A DNA stretch of 64,000 bases from Neophaeotheca triangularis (GCA_054600435.1 BAAIJX010000078.1:1-64000), one strand, 5' to 3'; shown: positions 45,090-56,954, counted from the first letter of the stretch. Translations and numbers: made by a program. Notes: generated by a model not told the origin, from the letters alone.

Positions 45090-47660
45090 CTACCCCCCCT
45101 CCCCATCTTCCTCCAAAAACCCCTCAAACCTCCCTCTGCCTGGGGGAGTGACTTCCAACCCCTGCTCCAGCAACTCCCGCCTCGCCAACCAAACCCTCCG
45201 ATCCGCCTCCAGCATCATCGCGTGCCCTTCGATTTCATCGCCATTCTCGTCGCCATGGTTTGGTGTTTCGCGGCGAGCTGGAGAAGGAGGCACGATGTTG
45301 GTGGGGAAAGTGTGGCGGTGGGCGTGGCGGGGGGGGATTGGTGGGCGAGTTGTTGTTGCTGTGGGGGTGATTGTTGGGAGGGGAGGAGGGGGCTCTGTGT
45401 GGGATTGGGAGCGTTGGCGTTGGCGGGTGTGCGTGGTTGGGTCGTGGTTGGTGGCGGTTGTTGGTTGTGTGGGTGCTATTGGTGTGTCGTGGTAGATGCG
45501 GATGCGAGGGCTTTGGGTTGGCATCGGGGTTGCTGTGTTAGTGGCGGGTGGACTGCCTGGATGATGCGGGTGGAGAGGCGTGTGGTGAACGAATGAGGAT
45601 GGGGAAGGGAGCTCGTTTGGGCTGGAGGATTGCTGTAAATTAATGGTCGCGTAAGGGGATGAAGAAGGAAAGACGAAGGCGGAATGACTATGCATTTCCA
45701 CGTGCGTGGGCGCCGTCGTGAGGGGCGTGTCTTCGGTAGCACTGTTTTCGGCTGTTGCGTGAGATGCTGTACCTGGCGCTGGTACTCGGCCCACCTGTTC
45801 CGGAGGCGAGGATGGTGCAAACAGGCTCCCGCTGAGTAGATTCCTGGTGCGCCGCTCGCTGCGAAATCTATCAAAGGACCTTCCGACAGACCTCAGCCGT
45901 GGATGCACTGCAATGCTCGCAAGTCTCTCGGTTAACTCGTCCAAAGGCGAGTTACGTGTAGCCAGTATTGCGGCCACTGAATCGTCCAGCCGCTCCGCTC
46001 GAAGGACGTGACGCTGCTCGGGAATGCTGGACTTGTCACTGATACCGCTGGCTGCGCTGACGATGCTTGGTGTACGTTGCGTAGAGGGCGTGACTTCGCG
46101 ACTATGATGCCGCCAGGTGAGGGACGAGCCACGGCTATGGGTGCGGAGACTATGCGTCGTAGGCTGGAGCAAATTCGGTGTCGACCTACTGCTGGCTGAT
46201 ACTGCTGGGGAGGTCGCGTTGGTACGACCGGTACGGTCCTCTTCTAATTGATTGTGGGAACGAAATGAGCCCGGATAGTAGGATGCTTGGCTTGTGAACG
46301 AGAAGGCCTCGGACAAAATTCTTGAAGGTGCATTCTGAGCGCTTGCAAGACCGGTGGGAAGCGTGCCGTTTGTTATGCGTGGACTGTGTCGATTGCCAGT
46401 CGGGTGCAGTATGGGGTATCGCTCCATGTTCGGATTTGGCGCGGCTCGTAGTCCATTCTCATCACTCACAATACTTGCCCTTCGATGCACCAACCCCGAA
46501 CCACCAGTTGTACGAGGCAAGACGCGTGCCCGATGTACAGGTCTTGCATGAACAGCGCCGTCATCGTCGGTCAGTCGTCGAGCTCGCGGGTGATTTCGAC
46601 TGTCGAGATTTTGCTCGACGTTCAACTCGGACGATCTTCGTGTACGTATTTGCGAAACTGTGAGTGAGCTATCGATGCTGCTCAAAGTGCCATCTACGCC
46701 ACGCTGGGACCCGGCTAGTTCGTTGACCGAAGTAGTGGCAGATCCAAAGCGAATTCGTGGAACAAAAATCGGTGCGCCGGGGTCAAGTGCAGGATTGAGA
46801 AGTGGCCGGATAGACACCGCTTCCGGTACTGAAGGTGGTATGTCAACGTGCTGTGGGCGTGAACTTGGATGTTGGATATGGTCCGACCGTGGAGGTGATC
46901 GTAAGCGAAGTGAGTCAGGAGACTCAACGGGAGGAGGGCGATGAAAAACATGCTCATCGTGACTGCGGGGGCGGAAACGGCGGGCTCTTGCACTTGATAA
47001 TGCCCGTGGCTCAGAGTAAGGAGGGCGACTGTCTGGACAATGTTCTTCTCCCAACCCCAGGGCTGTCTGTTTGCTCTGCTCGGTAGACATGCTTGGAAGA
47101 TCTGGGTCATCAAGTGGTTGGCTCGGCTCGTGAGGATCAGTGCCATCGAGATGTAGTCTGTCCGAGGGTGGACGCTCTTCGTAAGGCGGCAGTGATTCGG
47201 CGGATTGGATGCTTTCGTCGATGCGGAGCATGCTATCAACCCTTCTGCGCGGCGATGAGACGCGTGATGAAAGGCGGGCCTGTGAGGCGTTGTCTGAGGG
47301 GTGAGTCGAACCAAAATCGGCAAGAGGCTGTCCGGTCGAGGCGTGGCCCGCAGTGGGGGGTGCATCCACGGCCCATTCGCTAGATGGACTACTGATGAAC
47401 GATATGGGCCATTGCTCGATTATTTGACCGTCCGACGCATGCAAAGTGGCTTGCGACTCAACGGAGTCGGCTCTTTTGGCGGCCACATTGTCGTTCACCG
47501 GCACGATGGACCTTCGGATTTCTCGCCGCGGGCCTGGTACAAGACGGGCATTCGAAGCTGTGTGATACCGGCGTGCTTCCTTCTTGGCCGCCAGACGATG
47601 CTCGAGGCCGCGGATGTCCTCGTAGGTGAGGTGGATCTGAGAGGACGGGCAGCGAAGCAT
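45090..47660 (-). CDS. Large S/P/R-rich, probably disordered hypothetical protein (about 856 aa) with a Cdc26-like N-terminal peptide
   Basis: Uninterrupted 2.6-kb ORF. The first ATG is at 47660 (MLRCPSSQIHLTYEDI); the track start at 47714 is TTG. Confidence 0.8.
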   Translation of the reverse strand: MLRCPSSQIHLTYEDIRGLEHRLAAKKEARRYHTASNARLVPGPRREIRRSIVPVNDNVAAKRADSVESQATLHASDGQIIEQWPISFISSPSSEWAVDAPPTAGHASTGQPLADFGSTHPSDNASQARLSSRVSSPRRRVDSMLRIDESIQSAESLPPYEERPPSDRLHLDGTDPHEPSQPLDDPDLPSMSTEQSKQTALGLGEEHCPDSRPPYSEPRALSSARARRFRPRSHDEHVFHRPPPVESPDSLRLRSPPRSDHIQHPSSRPQHVDIPPSVPEAVSIRPLLNPALDPGAPIFVPRIRFGSATTSVNELAGSQRGVDGTLSSIDSSLTVSQIRTRRSSELNVEQNLDSRNHPRARRLTDDDGAVHARPVHRARVLPRTTGGSGLVHRRASIVSDENGLRAAPNPNMERYPILHPTGNRHSPRITNGTLPTGLASAQNAPSRILSEAFSFTSQASYYPGSFRSHNQLEEDRTGRTNATSPAVSASSRSTPNLLQPTTHSLRTHSRGSSLTWRHHSREVTPSTQRTPSIVSAASGISDKSSIPEQRHVLRAERLDDSVAAILATRNSPLDELTERLASIAVHPRLRSVGRSFDRFRSERRTRNLLSGSLFAPSSPPEQVGRVPAPGTASHATAENSATEDTPLTTAPTHVEMHSHSAFVFPSSSPYATINLQQSSSPNELPSPSSFVHHTPLHPHHPGSPPATNTATPMPTQSPRIRIYHDTPIAPTQPTTATNHDPTTHTRQRQRSQSHTEPPPPLPTITPTATTTRPPIPPRHAHRHTFPTNIVPPSPARRETPNHGDENGDEIEGHAMMLEADRRVWLARRELLEQGLEVTPPGRGRFEGFLEEDGEGG

Positions 47661-48906
47661 TATGAACGTAGGTATTAGTTGATTAGTATTACCGTGTTCC
47701 AAGATCGAGTCCAAGCCAGAGATCCAAGATTTGCAGCTCCAAAGCTCGTACGGGGGTGATTCATGGACATTGATGCGAGAAGTACCTTAAGGTGGAAGCC
47801 GTGAAAGACCGACCTACCATTGTTGTGATTCGGACCATGTATGTATGCCTTGAGGTAGGAGCTGAAGGCATCTTGGACGCTTCCAGGTTCCTTTTGGCAG
47901 CTACATACGTACGGGATTCCTCGTAGAGGGAAGGTCCATTCCTGGCGAGCATTCGGGAGTTGAAAGGTACATAACCTGTACGGGTGAGGTGAAAGCCGGC
48001 CCATTCCAAAGTACAGTATGTCGTACGGTATATCCATGGATACTTAAGGTATGTAGTTGTGCCTACCTAGTGAGTGTAGGTAAGTAGGTACAATACCTAG
48101 TAGATGTCGACGTGGAAGACGCTCAAGAGTCTGGCTTGCCTCTCAGCTACGGTGCCTGAGACGGGCCTTTGTGCTCTCGATGCCCGGTGGAATGGAAGGT
48201 CACGGAGTTGTACAAGTACTGTAGATGGTCTGTCGATGGACCTCACTCTTTGCACTACTGGAAGTGCGTTTCAATTAGGAGGTAATACTGAGTGATGTCA
48301 AGTGGAATCCACCGAAGCAGCAGCACGCCAAGCACATTCCCTTATTGTTGTCTGCAGGGCTGTCGGCAATCAGTCTTGTCGTCGTCGGAGAAGGTTTGCA
48401 GGTGGTCTCAAACAAATACACAACATTAGCTAAGTCAACTACTGTGACTACGAGTGAATGTTTCTGTCTAAATAATAATCGTTTGAAACAACCTCACCTC
48501 TAGCTAAGGTACTCTTAGGTAGGTACTGTACTGTGTAAACATACCTTCCCTCCTCGGCAGCCGGTGATTTGCCGACGCCCCGAACTTCCTCCACGTGACG
48601 ACGACGACGATCCATCCATCCATCCATCCATCCCTAACCAAACTTGAAACTAAGGCCAAGGCAAGCCGGTGACGACGGGAGATTGTTCACATCCTCCCTC
48701 TGCGCCCTCCAACGTTTCTATTCTTGACGACAGCGCCGTCGCAGACTCCTCCGCTTCATCTTCGCCCAAGGCACAGCACGTGAAAGAGCGGGTTAAGTGA
48801 GGACGGGTCAATTTGTCGCGGAATGCCGCAACGGTCGTCAGATACCCGCTTCGTACCTTAAACCCCGTACGACTGCTCGTCGGCCACCATAGCCAGCCAG
48901 CTCAAA

Positions 48907-51560
48907 ATGAACGGCGACCTCAGTCTCTCCCAATCGCTCGGTGGCCTGCGAATTGCCAACCCGGACAGTGACGACGAAGCCCTTGCCTCTCCCCAACAAC
49001 CAACCCCTGCCGCGCGACGACCACCACACCCTTCCTCCCGCGACTCTGAAAGTACCATCACAGGCGGCAATAGCTCGAGTACAGTGCCAAGCATAAACCA
49101 CGACTCTTCATTGTCAGAATATCACAACCAGCGATTCGAACCAGACGAATTTTCCCTCCAGAATACCCAGCGACACTCTCAGTCACCGGCTGCCTCGCAA
49201 TATGGGAGCTATCAGTCCCAGCCTGGCCAAAGCCCTAGGATGAGCTTGCCGCCAGAGGGCCATGGGCATCCGCCCCGACGGTATCCATCTTATACTTCGG
49301 AGCATAGTGGACCGTCTCGGAACCCAGGGCCATCCCCACGCCCTATCAGTGGCATGTACACACAGCCGAACACGTCCTCGAGCTCTCACATTTCAAGTCA
49401 AGGGTCTCACAGATTCCGTGACGACACTTACTCATCCGACGGTAGCGTCAACGGGCTTGCAAGGAGTGGGTCCAGGTCAGCAAGGCAGATGGTGGGTTCC
49501 ACGCCCTCAAGACAAGGCAGCAACAGGGTGTACCGAGGGGATAGCCAACAGATTGGCGGCAATGGACCGCTGCCTCCTCGACGGAACTCGAAGCGAGCCA
49601 AGCCGCAAATGGCTGGCGGGCCGCAGTACGACCCAAACGTACCGTACGCAGGGTCGGCGCCGGTGCCAAAGACAGCAGATGAGTGGAGAGATAGGGGAGG
49701 AGCGACGTCGGTAAGGCAGGAAACAGATGCGGCTGGTAATACACAAACACGGATATTAAAAAAGGGACCCAAGGACTTTACATTCGGCCGCACGCTGGGC
49801 GAAGGCTCGTACTCGACAGTACTCGCAGCAACCGACCGACAGACTCTGAAAGAGTACGCTATCAAGGTACTCGACAAACGTCACATTATCAAAGAGAAGA
49901 AGGTAAAGTATGTGAATATTGAGCGAGACACTCTGAACCGATTAACGGAGCACCCTGGCGTTGTGCGGCTTTACTACACGTTCCAAGACGAACGAAGTCT
50001 ATACTTCGTACTTGATCTGGCCACCGGCGGCGAGCTCCTAGGCGTGCTGAAGAGAATGGGAAGCTTCGACGTTGAGTGCACAAGATTCTACAGTGCACAG
50101 ATACTGGACAGCATAGCATACATGCACTCAAGAGGAGTCATCCACCGCGATTTGAAACCCGAGAATGTACTGTTGGACAAGGACATGCACGTGAAGATCA
50201 CAGATTTCGGCACTGCGAAGATTCTTTCAGATCCCAAAGCCACAGGATCGGCGCAAGCAGACGAGGGAAATCCGTTGGATGGCTCAGAGTCAGACCGAGC
50301 GGTCAGCTTTGTAGGGACGGCAGAATACGTCAGTCCGGAACTGCTGCGCGACAAGAACGCCTGCAAGGCGAGTGATTTATGGGCTTTCGGTTGCATCATG
50401 TACCAATTGCTGGCTGGAAGACCGCCATTCAAGGCCAACAACGAGTACCTCACATTTCAGAAGATACTGGCTCTGGAGTATACCTTCCCCGAAGGCTTCC
50501 CGCCAGTGGCCCGGGACCTGATAGAGCGTTTGCTAGTACTCGAGCCCTCCAACCGGCTGCCCATAGAGCACGTCAAGAACCATCAGTTCTTCGATGGCAC
50601 TCAGTGGGGGAAGCTGCTCTGGCGGCAGAAAGCACCTCGTCTGAAGGCGTACGAGCCTCCCGCCTCCCAGCCCATCAGGCTAAACGGTAACGGCAACCCA
50701 AATGGCGGCTCTTACGGGGCCATTTCCGCCGGCACGTCAACACAGCAGAACCACACACCGTCTCCGCCACAACACCATCAGTATCCAGGGCCGAGACCGC
50801 AAATGAGAGGGATCACCGAGCTCCCGCCTCCCTCCCAGTTGGATATCGACTGGTCCCCCGTGCTAGGCAACAATGAGCGCATTCTCAAGCTCGGTAACCT
50901 CATGGTACTTTCATCGCCACAATCGGACGCGCCAGCCGGCACGCCCACAGAGAAACCCAAGTTTTCACGCTTCTTCAGCAGCGGGACAACCAAGAAGCGC
51001 GAAAGGCTTGTACTCATCACGAGTAGTGCACGGCTTATCATAGCGGCGGCGGGAGGAAACGAGAAAAAGGCAAAGCTAGAGGTGGAATTGTTGAGGAACG
51101 GGTGTCAGTGGAAGAGCTTCAAGGACGTGAAAGGATTGACGGGGTGGTGCGTGGATACGGTAAGATTTGCTATGCTTTCACCGTTGTTGGTGCTTGCAAA
51201 AGTTGGCTAACGTATTGTTCGCAGCGTGAGAAGCATTTGTCGTTCGAAGACCCACGCGCTACGCCTTCCGACCCCCAAGGATCGCACTACTCGACGAATG
51301 AATGGCTTGAATCGTTGGAGCGGGCACGCGAGCTCGCCCTTTCGCAGAGCCAGTCCACGTATTCGGGCGAAGACACTGTCGGCGACCTTCAATCGCCTTC
51401 ACAATCCGGCGGCATAGGCGAGGGCGATCAGCCGCGAGCCACGCGACACACACTGCGCAAGAACAGCGAGCTTGGGGGCGGAAGTCCCTCGGACGACGGC
51501 AAGGGGAGGAAGCGATTCAGCAAGCGACACAGCAAGAGCGGGCTCGCAGCGGTGTTTTAG
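48907..51560 (+). CDS. ksg1: PDK1-family Ser/Thr kinase (Ksg1/Pkh); exons 48907-51159 and 51225-51560
   Basis: DFTFGRTLGEGSYSTV, YAIKVLDKRHIIKEKKVKYVNIE, HRDLKPEN, DFGTAK, SFVGTAEYVSPE, followed by a PH-like region. GTAAGA...CTAAC...CAG intron. Confidence 0.94.
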
Positions 51561-52699
51561 TAGTGCCCGATGCTTGCGCTGCCGCTGCTCGGTCTGCTAG
51601 CCAGCACATATATGCCCTGAGGATACAGCAACAAGGGCGCGACACGATGGTTTACGATTTCTACACTTTCCCTTGGCCCTGCACTGGGCCCCTTTTTTTT
51701 ATATCCTCCGACGTTTGACCTAGGAGATGCGATATCCCTTTCTCACTCTTGCTCAGGGGGTTTTGAGCGATTGGCGTTCTAGCGTGTTGGTGGAGGGCTT
51801 TTTTATTTGTCAAGGGATGGATGCATACACACGGGCACGGGGAAGATTGGGAACAGCCTTTACTGCATGAGTGAGGCTTTAGAATGCCGGACAAGGCACG
51901 CTTGTTTTTCGTCAAGATAGAGCGGGCGTGTAGAGCGTGCATGCTGTTCAGCGGAGGATAAGGGTACATAGCTGTAGCCATAGCCATTCGGTTGTGCATA
52001 CTTGCAATGGCTTTCAAGTCAAGAGGCTTTATGTTTTCATCTTCGGTACCCGTTCCCTTCCTGTTGCGGTCTTCCATGGGATGGATGGGTCCACAGCCAC
52101 TTTCTTCACTATCGATAAGCCACACGTGAGCTCGGACCAAACGCAACTCAAGGCAGGTGCCAGTAGTCAACACCGGGGAACTTCCTGCACAGCAACGTCA
52201 CAAACAGTCGCTGCACGTTAATCTCACACTCGGGTTCTACTCTACCTTACTCTACTCTTCTCTACTCTACTCTGTCTCGCTCGCTGGCTATTGACTTCAC
52301 ATCCTTCCTCTTCGCTGTCCCTCTTCGGCTGTCCCGCGATTAAGGGGGAAAAGAGAGGGCGGAACGTCACTGAGCAGCCGACCAGCAATGTTTACTGGCG
52401 CAGCCAACTAAACCCGACCACTGGCAGGACATTACCTTACTACTACTCTGCTCACTCACTCGCGATTCTCACGCCTTGCTCGCGTACTCAATCACCGACT
52501 CCTGCCCACCCCGGCATTACGCGCAACCCCGTGACGACCAATTACTCTCCGCCAAGCTCCGCCGATTTACATGCACCGCCTGAGTCCCCGTGACACGACA
52601 TACCTAGTGACTCTGCTATCTTCCGACCCTCCATGCTACCACCTCCACTGCTTTGCTCTCTAATTACATCTCCCATTCGCGCCTGAACCAGCTGCCAAG

Positions 52700-55600
52700 A
52701 TGGTCAAGGCAGATGTCAAGCGTAATTACTACGCGGATCTGGAAGTGTCTAACACGGCAAGCGTGGAGGAGATTAAGAAGCAATACAGGAAGCTGGCATT
52801 GGCCTACCACCCGGACCGAAATGCCGGCAAAGAGGAGGAGGTCATACCCAAGTTCCAGGCTATTCAGGCAGCGCATGAAGTCTTGACAGATCCTGTTCAA
52901 AAGGCAGACTACGACAACGCTCGGCGCAGCGCCGGCCTCTATCCAACATTCAACCGCAACAGGCCTGGCGCTGGTACTGCCGGGTCTACCGGTACCACGG
53001 GAAACCCCTACCAAGCTTCTTCGAATTTCCCACCTCCACCGCGCCGCACTCAACCAGGTACCTACAACCGTCCTCCGCCCTACAATGCTGGCAATGCTGG
53101 CAAAACGCCCAACGGTGCAGATCGCTTCTCCAGCTTCCCCAAGCCTTCCGCTTCACAACAGCGCTCCGATCCTGCGCAAGATCGCACCAACATGTTCAGA
53201 GCTTGGCAGAATATGAACACTCCTCAAGATCGTCAGGGGCGACCCGGACAGACGAGAGGAGGCGCGACAAGCGCAGGCAGAGGAGCGCCAACAGGACAAC
53301 GGCCAACACCTCCACCAAGACAAGGTACAACGTATCCTACAGAAGAGGACATAAAGGCAGGCATGAACTACACGCGCGGTCCTCCGCCGAAACCACCGCC
53401 TCGCAACCCGGAGACCAACTTCAAGAACTATCAAGAGAGCCATGGTACAGATTCCGCGGAGAAGACGAGGACAGCATGGCAGTCATTCCAGGCTAGCGGA
53501 GGTAAGGCCGGCGTTGGTCGTAGCAAGACCACGCGCACACCACGAAGGGGAGGCTTTGATCCGAGTGCGCCAGGCTCCGATGAACGCCCTGCAAACGGAA
53601 GCTACACAAATGCCAGGCACAAGTCGGACGATATGGGCAGACCATTCGATGGGATGCCTCCCCCACCACCTGGTCCACCTCCGCAGGCTCCCGGATCCGT
53701 ACCCACATCCCCTGATCAAAGTCGTCAGCGACCTCATCCTGATCCTCTAAGACCATTCCAAAGCCGAGAGGAAGATGCGCCCTATTCCGAAGGCAATCGC
53801 AGACGTACTCCCTATAGTTCGTTCAGCGGCGAGAAGACGGATTTTGGAAGCGATATGCGCAGGTCTGCAAGCACGCGCGACACGACAAAGCTCCACGAAC
53901 AGGGCACACAGTCTGGATCTGGACAGGGCAGGCACAAGAGCACGAGTCCTCCTGGTCGTCAGAACCGCAATAACGCTCAGCAGGCTCCTACTGGACAACC
54001 ACATCGTAAGCCATATACGGAATACAGCAGCAACAGTGATGGGTCTAGCGACGAAGACTCACCTCAAACAGGCAGGTTTGGACAGACTGCGGGCTCGAGG
54101 ACTTCTCATGGTAGACCCATGGCGACGCCCAGAGCTAGCAACTACTCTAACTCTAACACCCCATCCGCGGGTGCGGGTGAAACAAGCAGGCCTCCCACTG
54201 CTACGGATGGTGCACAGTCAGACGGCGGTGCCTTTGGACAACGCCCAGAGAGCAACGGCAACATGTACGTGAATCCTTCTAGTGTTCCCCTCAAGCGCAA
54301 ATCCCCCATGCACAGCTTTCCTTACTCAGAGGTATGGTCTCTTAGCATGTTCAATCTGCCTGAGACAGACAACGGGTACTATAAGAAACAGAAGCACACT
54401 ATCTGCGCCATCCCAACATGGGCGCTTCCGAGCACAGTAGTACCAATGACCTGGAACAGTAAACGTCAGGTTCCAGCATCGTCGATTCGTGCCCAGCAGA
54501 TCGCTGAGAGGGTGGCTGCACGAGCCGCTCTTAACCAGCTACAGTCTATGCTCGTCATTGAGTATGGCGGCGACGAAGGGCTGGATATGAACGTTTTCTC
54601 CGAGCTCGTCATCATGTACGAGGAGGGCTGCTCAACCGGCCACTCCCGCCTCGACGAGATGCTCAAATTCGTCTTCAAAACCCATCCTGACGCGCTCACC
54701 AAATCTACCACGCACACGGCAGCTAACCAGAGCTCTTTTGGCAGTTTCAACTTCCCCGCTGGTACTGCCGAGGAGACTTTGTCCTCGCCCGGTGCCAAAA
54801 GTCGCAGCGAAGAGAACATTAACACCAAGTTCTCGCCAGGAGGCTGGAACGGTACTTTCCAAGGGACAGGCGACTACTTTGCCCCACCGCCCATGGCCGG
54901 CAAGAAGTCTGTGTCGCCTACCAGACGTCAAGGACAGCGTTCGAACTTGAGGTCCTCGACCACTCCCGGGGGGCCTACGATTCCGGCTGCCGCAAACGAG
55001 GCTCCGACAGGTGTACCTCCGCAGCAAGATCCCACGGAGGCGAATGGTTCTCAGCCCGCTCAAGTACCACCAAGCAGCGACGCCCGCTTCAATAAGGACA
55101 CCTGGGCGCAGACTTTCAAGGAAGCCGATTGGGTTTTCCCACCACCGCCCCCCGGCAATCCACCAAGCCCGTCAAAGCCTCCCAGCCGTAGAGTTCCAAG
55201 TCGCAAGTCTAGCAGGGCCGGCAGTAAAAATACCGCTGCGGGCTCCAAAGCCCAGCCGCATGTGGTCGATGAGACAGAAGAGCCCACCACGGTCGAGGAG
55301 CCAAATTCAGCTGTACCAGACGACATTGACGCCATGGACATTGACAACACGCCGCCTCCCGCTCGCCAGGCTACCCAAGCACCCCTGCCAAAGGCGCCAA
55401 CCGCTGAGAATGTAAGTTTCAAAGGGCCACGCCTATACCCTATCCCCACGTCGCCATGGCACCAACAACAGCAAAAGCAGCAAAACGGCCTTTCAACGCA
55501 ATCACCCCCGCCAAACCCGCAACAACAAAACCAAGACAATCTCAAAACCAACCTCAACGACATGGCCAACGTCGCCCCCTTCGCCCAATACTCCGAAGGT

Positions 55601-56122
55601 CTCTCCAGCTTCTCCGACGTCAGCGCCTCGCTCCCCTTCAAATCCGCTGCCTCGTCCGCTGGCCCTTCCGCCCCGACTCCAAAGGCCGACGACGACGACC
55701 CACATCACCGCAACCTGCAAACACCCCAACTACCCAAAGCCCCCGACGCGCCGCCCAAACTCTCCAAACGCGCCTGGTCCGAGTACGTCACCCGCTTCGC
55801 CGCCTACATGCGCGCTTACACCACGTGGTCCGAAACAATGCTCAACCACTTTGTCGCGCGCACTTTCCAGGTCGACGAGCGCCTCAAAATGGGCAACAAC
55901 TGGCTCGAGGCTTCTGGGGACGTTACAGGTGGTGGTGCTGGTGGGGGGGAGATGGGTATCGGCGGCTGGGCAGGGTATATGTCCGGGCTGCGCGAGGATG
56001 GTGTGGTTAGAGAGAAGTGGGTCGTTGGTTGCGAGAGGCATGCGGCGGCTTGTGTAGGGTTCGAGAAGGTTAGGGAGAGAGTGAGAGCGTTGGCTGCGAA
56101 TGGGACTTTGCTTGAGGGGTAG
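52700..56122 (+). CDS. J-domain (DnaJ, type III) protein, 1140 aa unspliced; possible in-frame intron 54265-54744
   Basis: N-terminal J domain NYYADLEV......EIKKQYRKLAL.YHPDRN...FQAIQAAHEVL.D....DYD, a long P/S/G-rich region and a helical C-terminal domain. Confidence 0.9.
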   Translation: MVKADVKRNYYADLEVSNTASVEEIKKQYRKLALAYHPDRNAGKEEEVIPKFQAIQAAHEVLTDPVQKADYDNARRSAGLYPTFNRNRPGAGTAGSTGTTGNPYQASSNFPPPPRRTQPGTYNRPPPYNAGNAGKTPNGADRFSSFPKPSASQQRSDPAQDRTNMFRAWQNMNTPQDRQGRPGQTRGGATSAGRGAPTGQRPTPPPRQGTTYPTEEDIKAGMNYTRGPPPKPPPRNPETNFKNYQESHGTDSAEKTRTAWQSFQASGGKAGVGRSKTTRTPRRGGFDPSAPGSDERPANGSYTNARHKSDDMGRPFDGMPPPPPGPPPQAPGSVPTSPDQSRQRPHPDPLRPFQSREEDAPYSEGNRRRTPYSSFSGEKTDFGSDMRRSASTRDTTKLHEQGTQSGSGQGRHKSTSPPGRQNRNNAQQAPTGQPHRKPYTEYSSNSDGSSDEDSPQTGRFGQTAGSRTSHGRPMATPRASNYSNSNTPSAGAGETSRPPTATDGAQSDGGAFGQRPESNGNMYVNPSSVPLKRKSPMHSFPYSEVWSLSMFNLPETDNGYYKKQKHTICAIPTWALPSTVVPMTWNSKRQVPASSIRAQQIAERVAARAALNQLQSMLVIEYGGDEGLDMNVFSELVIMYEEGCSTGHSRLDEMLKFVFKTHPDALTKSTTHTAANQSSFGSFNFPAGTAEETLSSPGAKSRSEENINTKFSPGGWNGTFQGTGDYFAPPPMAGKKSVSPTRRQGQRSNLRSSTTPGGPTIPAAANEAPTGVPPQQDPTEANGSQPAQVPPSSDARFNKDTWAQTFKEADWVFPPPPPGNPPSPSKPPSRRVPSRKSSRAGSKNTAAGSKAQPHVVDETEEPTTVEEPNSAVPDDIDAMDIDNTPPPARQATQAPLPKAPTAENVSFKGPRLYPIPTSPWHQQQQKQQNGLSTQSPPPNPQQQNQDNLKTNLNDMANVAPFAQYSEGLSSFSDVSASLPFKSAASSAGPSAPTPKADDDDPHHRNLQTPQLPKAPDAPPKLSKRAWSEYVTRFAAYMRAYTTWSETMLNHFVARTFQVDERLKMGNNWLEASGDVTGGGAGGGEMGIGGWAGYMSGLREDGVVREKWVVGCERHAAACVGFEKVRERVRALAANGTLLEG

Positions 56123-56755
56123 GTGGTGCGTTACTTTTGTGAAAGGTTTGGGGTAAGGGAGGATGGGTGTTTTGTTTACGGAACTGGCGTGATTACGGGG
56201 GAAAGGCATGACATGGCATGGCAGCACAGCACCGGCGTTTTTGCTTTCCTCGGGACGCGGCCGCTACAGTCGGTCTCTTGCATAGCGAGGCAAGCGGACG
56301 AGTGGACGGCCCTTGAGCGTTTCCTACACAAACGCACGCTGCTCTTGCCGCGGCCATTAGCCACTCGCGGGCGCCACAAACCACGGCGCCTTCGGCCTTG
56401 TTGCGATTGCACGTTTGCCTTACTGTCTCTTTCTTTCTCTTCTTCTCCCCTTTTTAAACCAAAGTTCAGCGATGGTAGGCAGGCAAGCTTTTCCTTTTGA
56501 AACTCAAACGAGTGGATGATGGCCGAGTCCTTATCAATCTACTTTGTCTTTTCTTCTCTTCTCTTGTTCCACTTGCATACATACATACATATATACATAC
56601 TCGCTAGCACGACCATACATCATCATCCCAGCCGCCGCCGCCGCCGACCGCGGGCCCCTTTTGTCTGCAATCCGACCGAGGGCGTAGTACTAGCTAGCTA
56701 GCAGCGCGACGGGGGCCTGTGCTCTCGTTTCCGTCGACTGCTGTTGCGGGTTGCG

Positions 56756-56797
<42 letters not shown>
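56756..56797. repeat. (ATT)n microsatellite
   Basis: Seen directly. Confidence 0.95.
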
Positions 56798-56954
56798 TTG
56801 GTATTGGTATTGATCAATTGGGACGAAAAGGGAACAGACGACTTGAGAAAGGCGAAGAACTGAGGATTCCTTTTCATTCCTATCGTGTAGTATATACTAC
56901 TCATAGACACCACGCCTGAGCGACGCAAGCCAACCCAATGCAATGAAAACCCCC

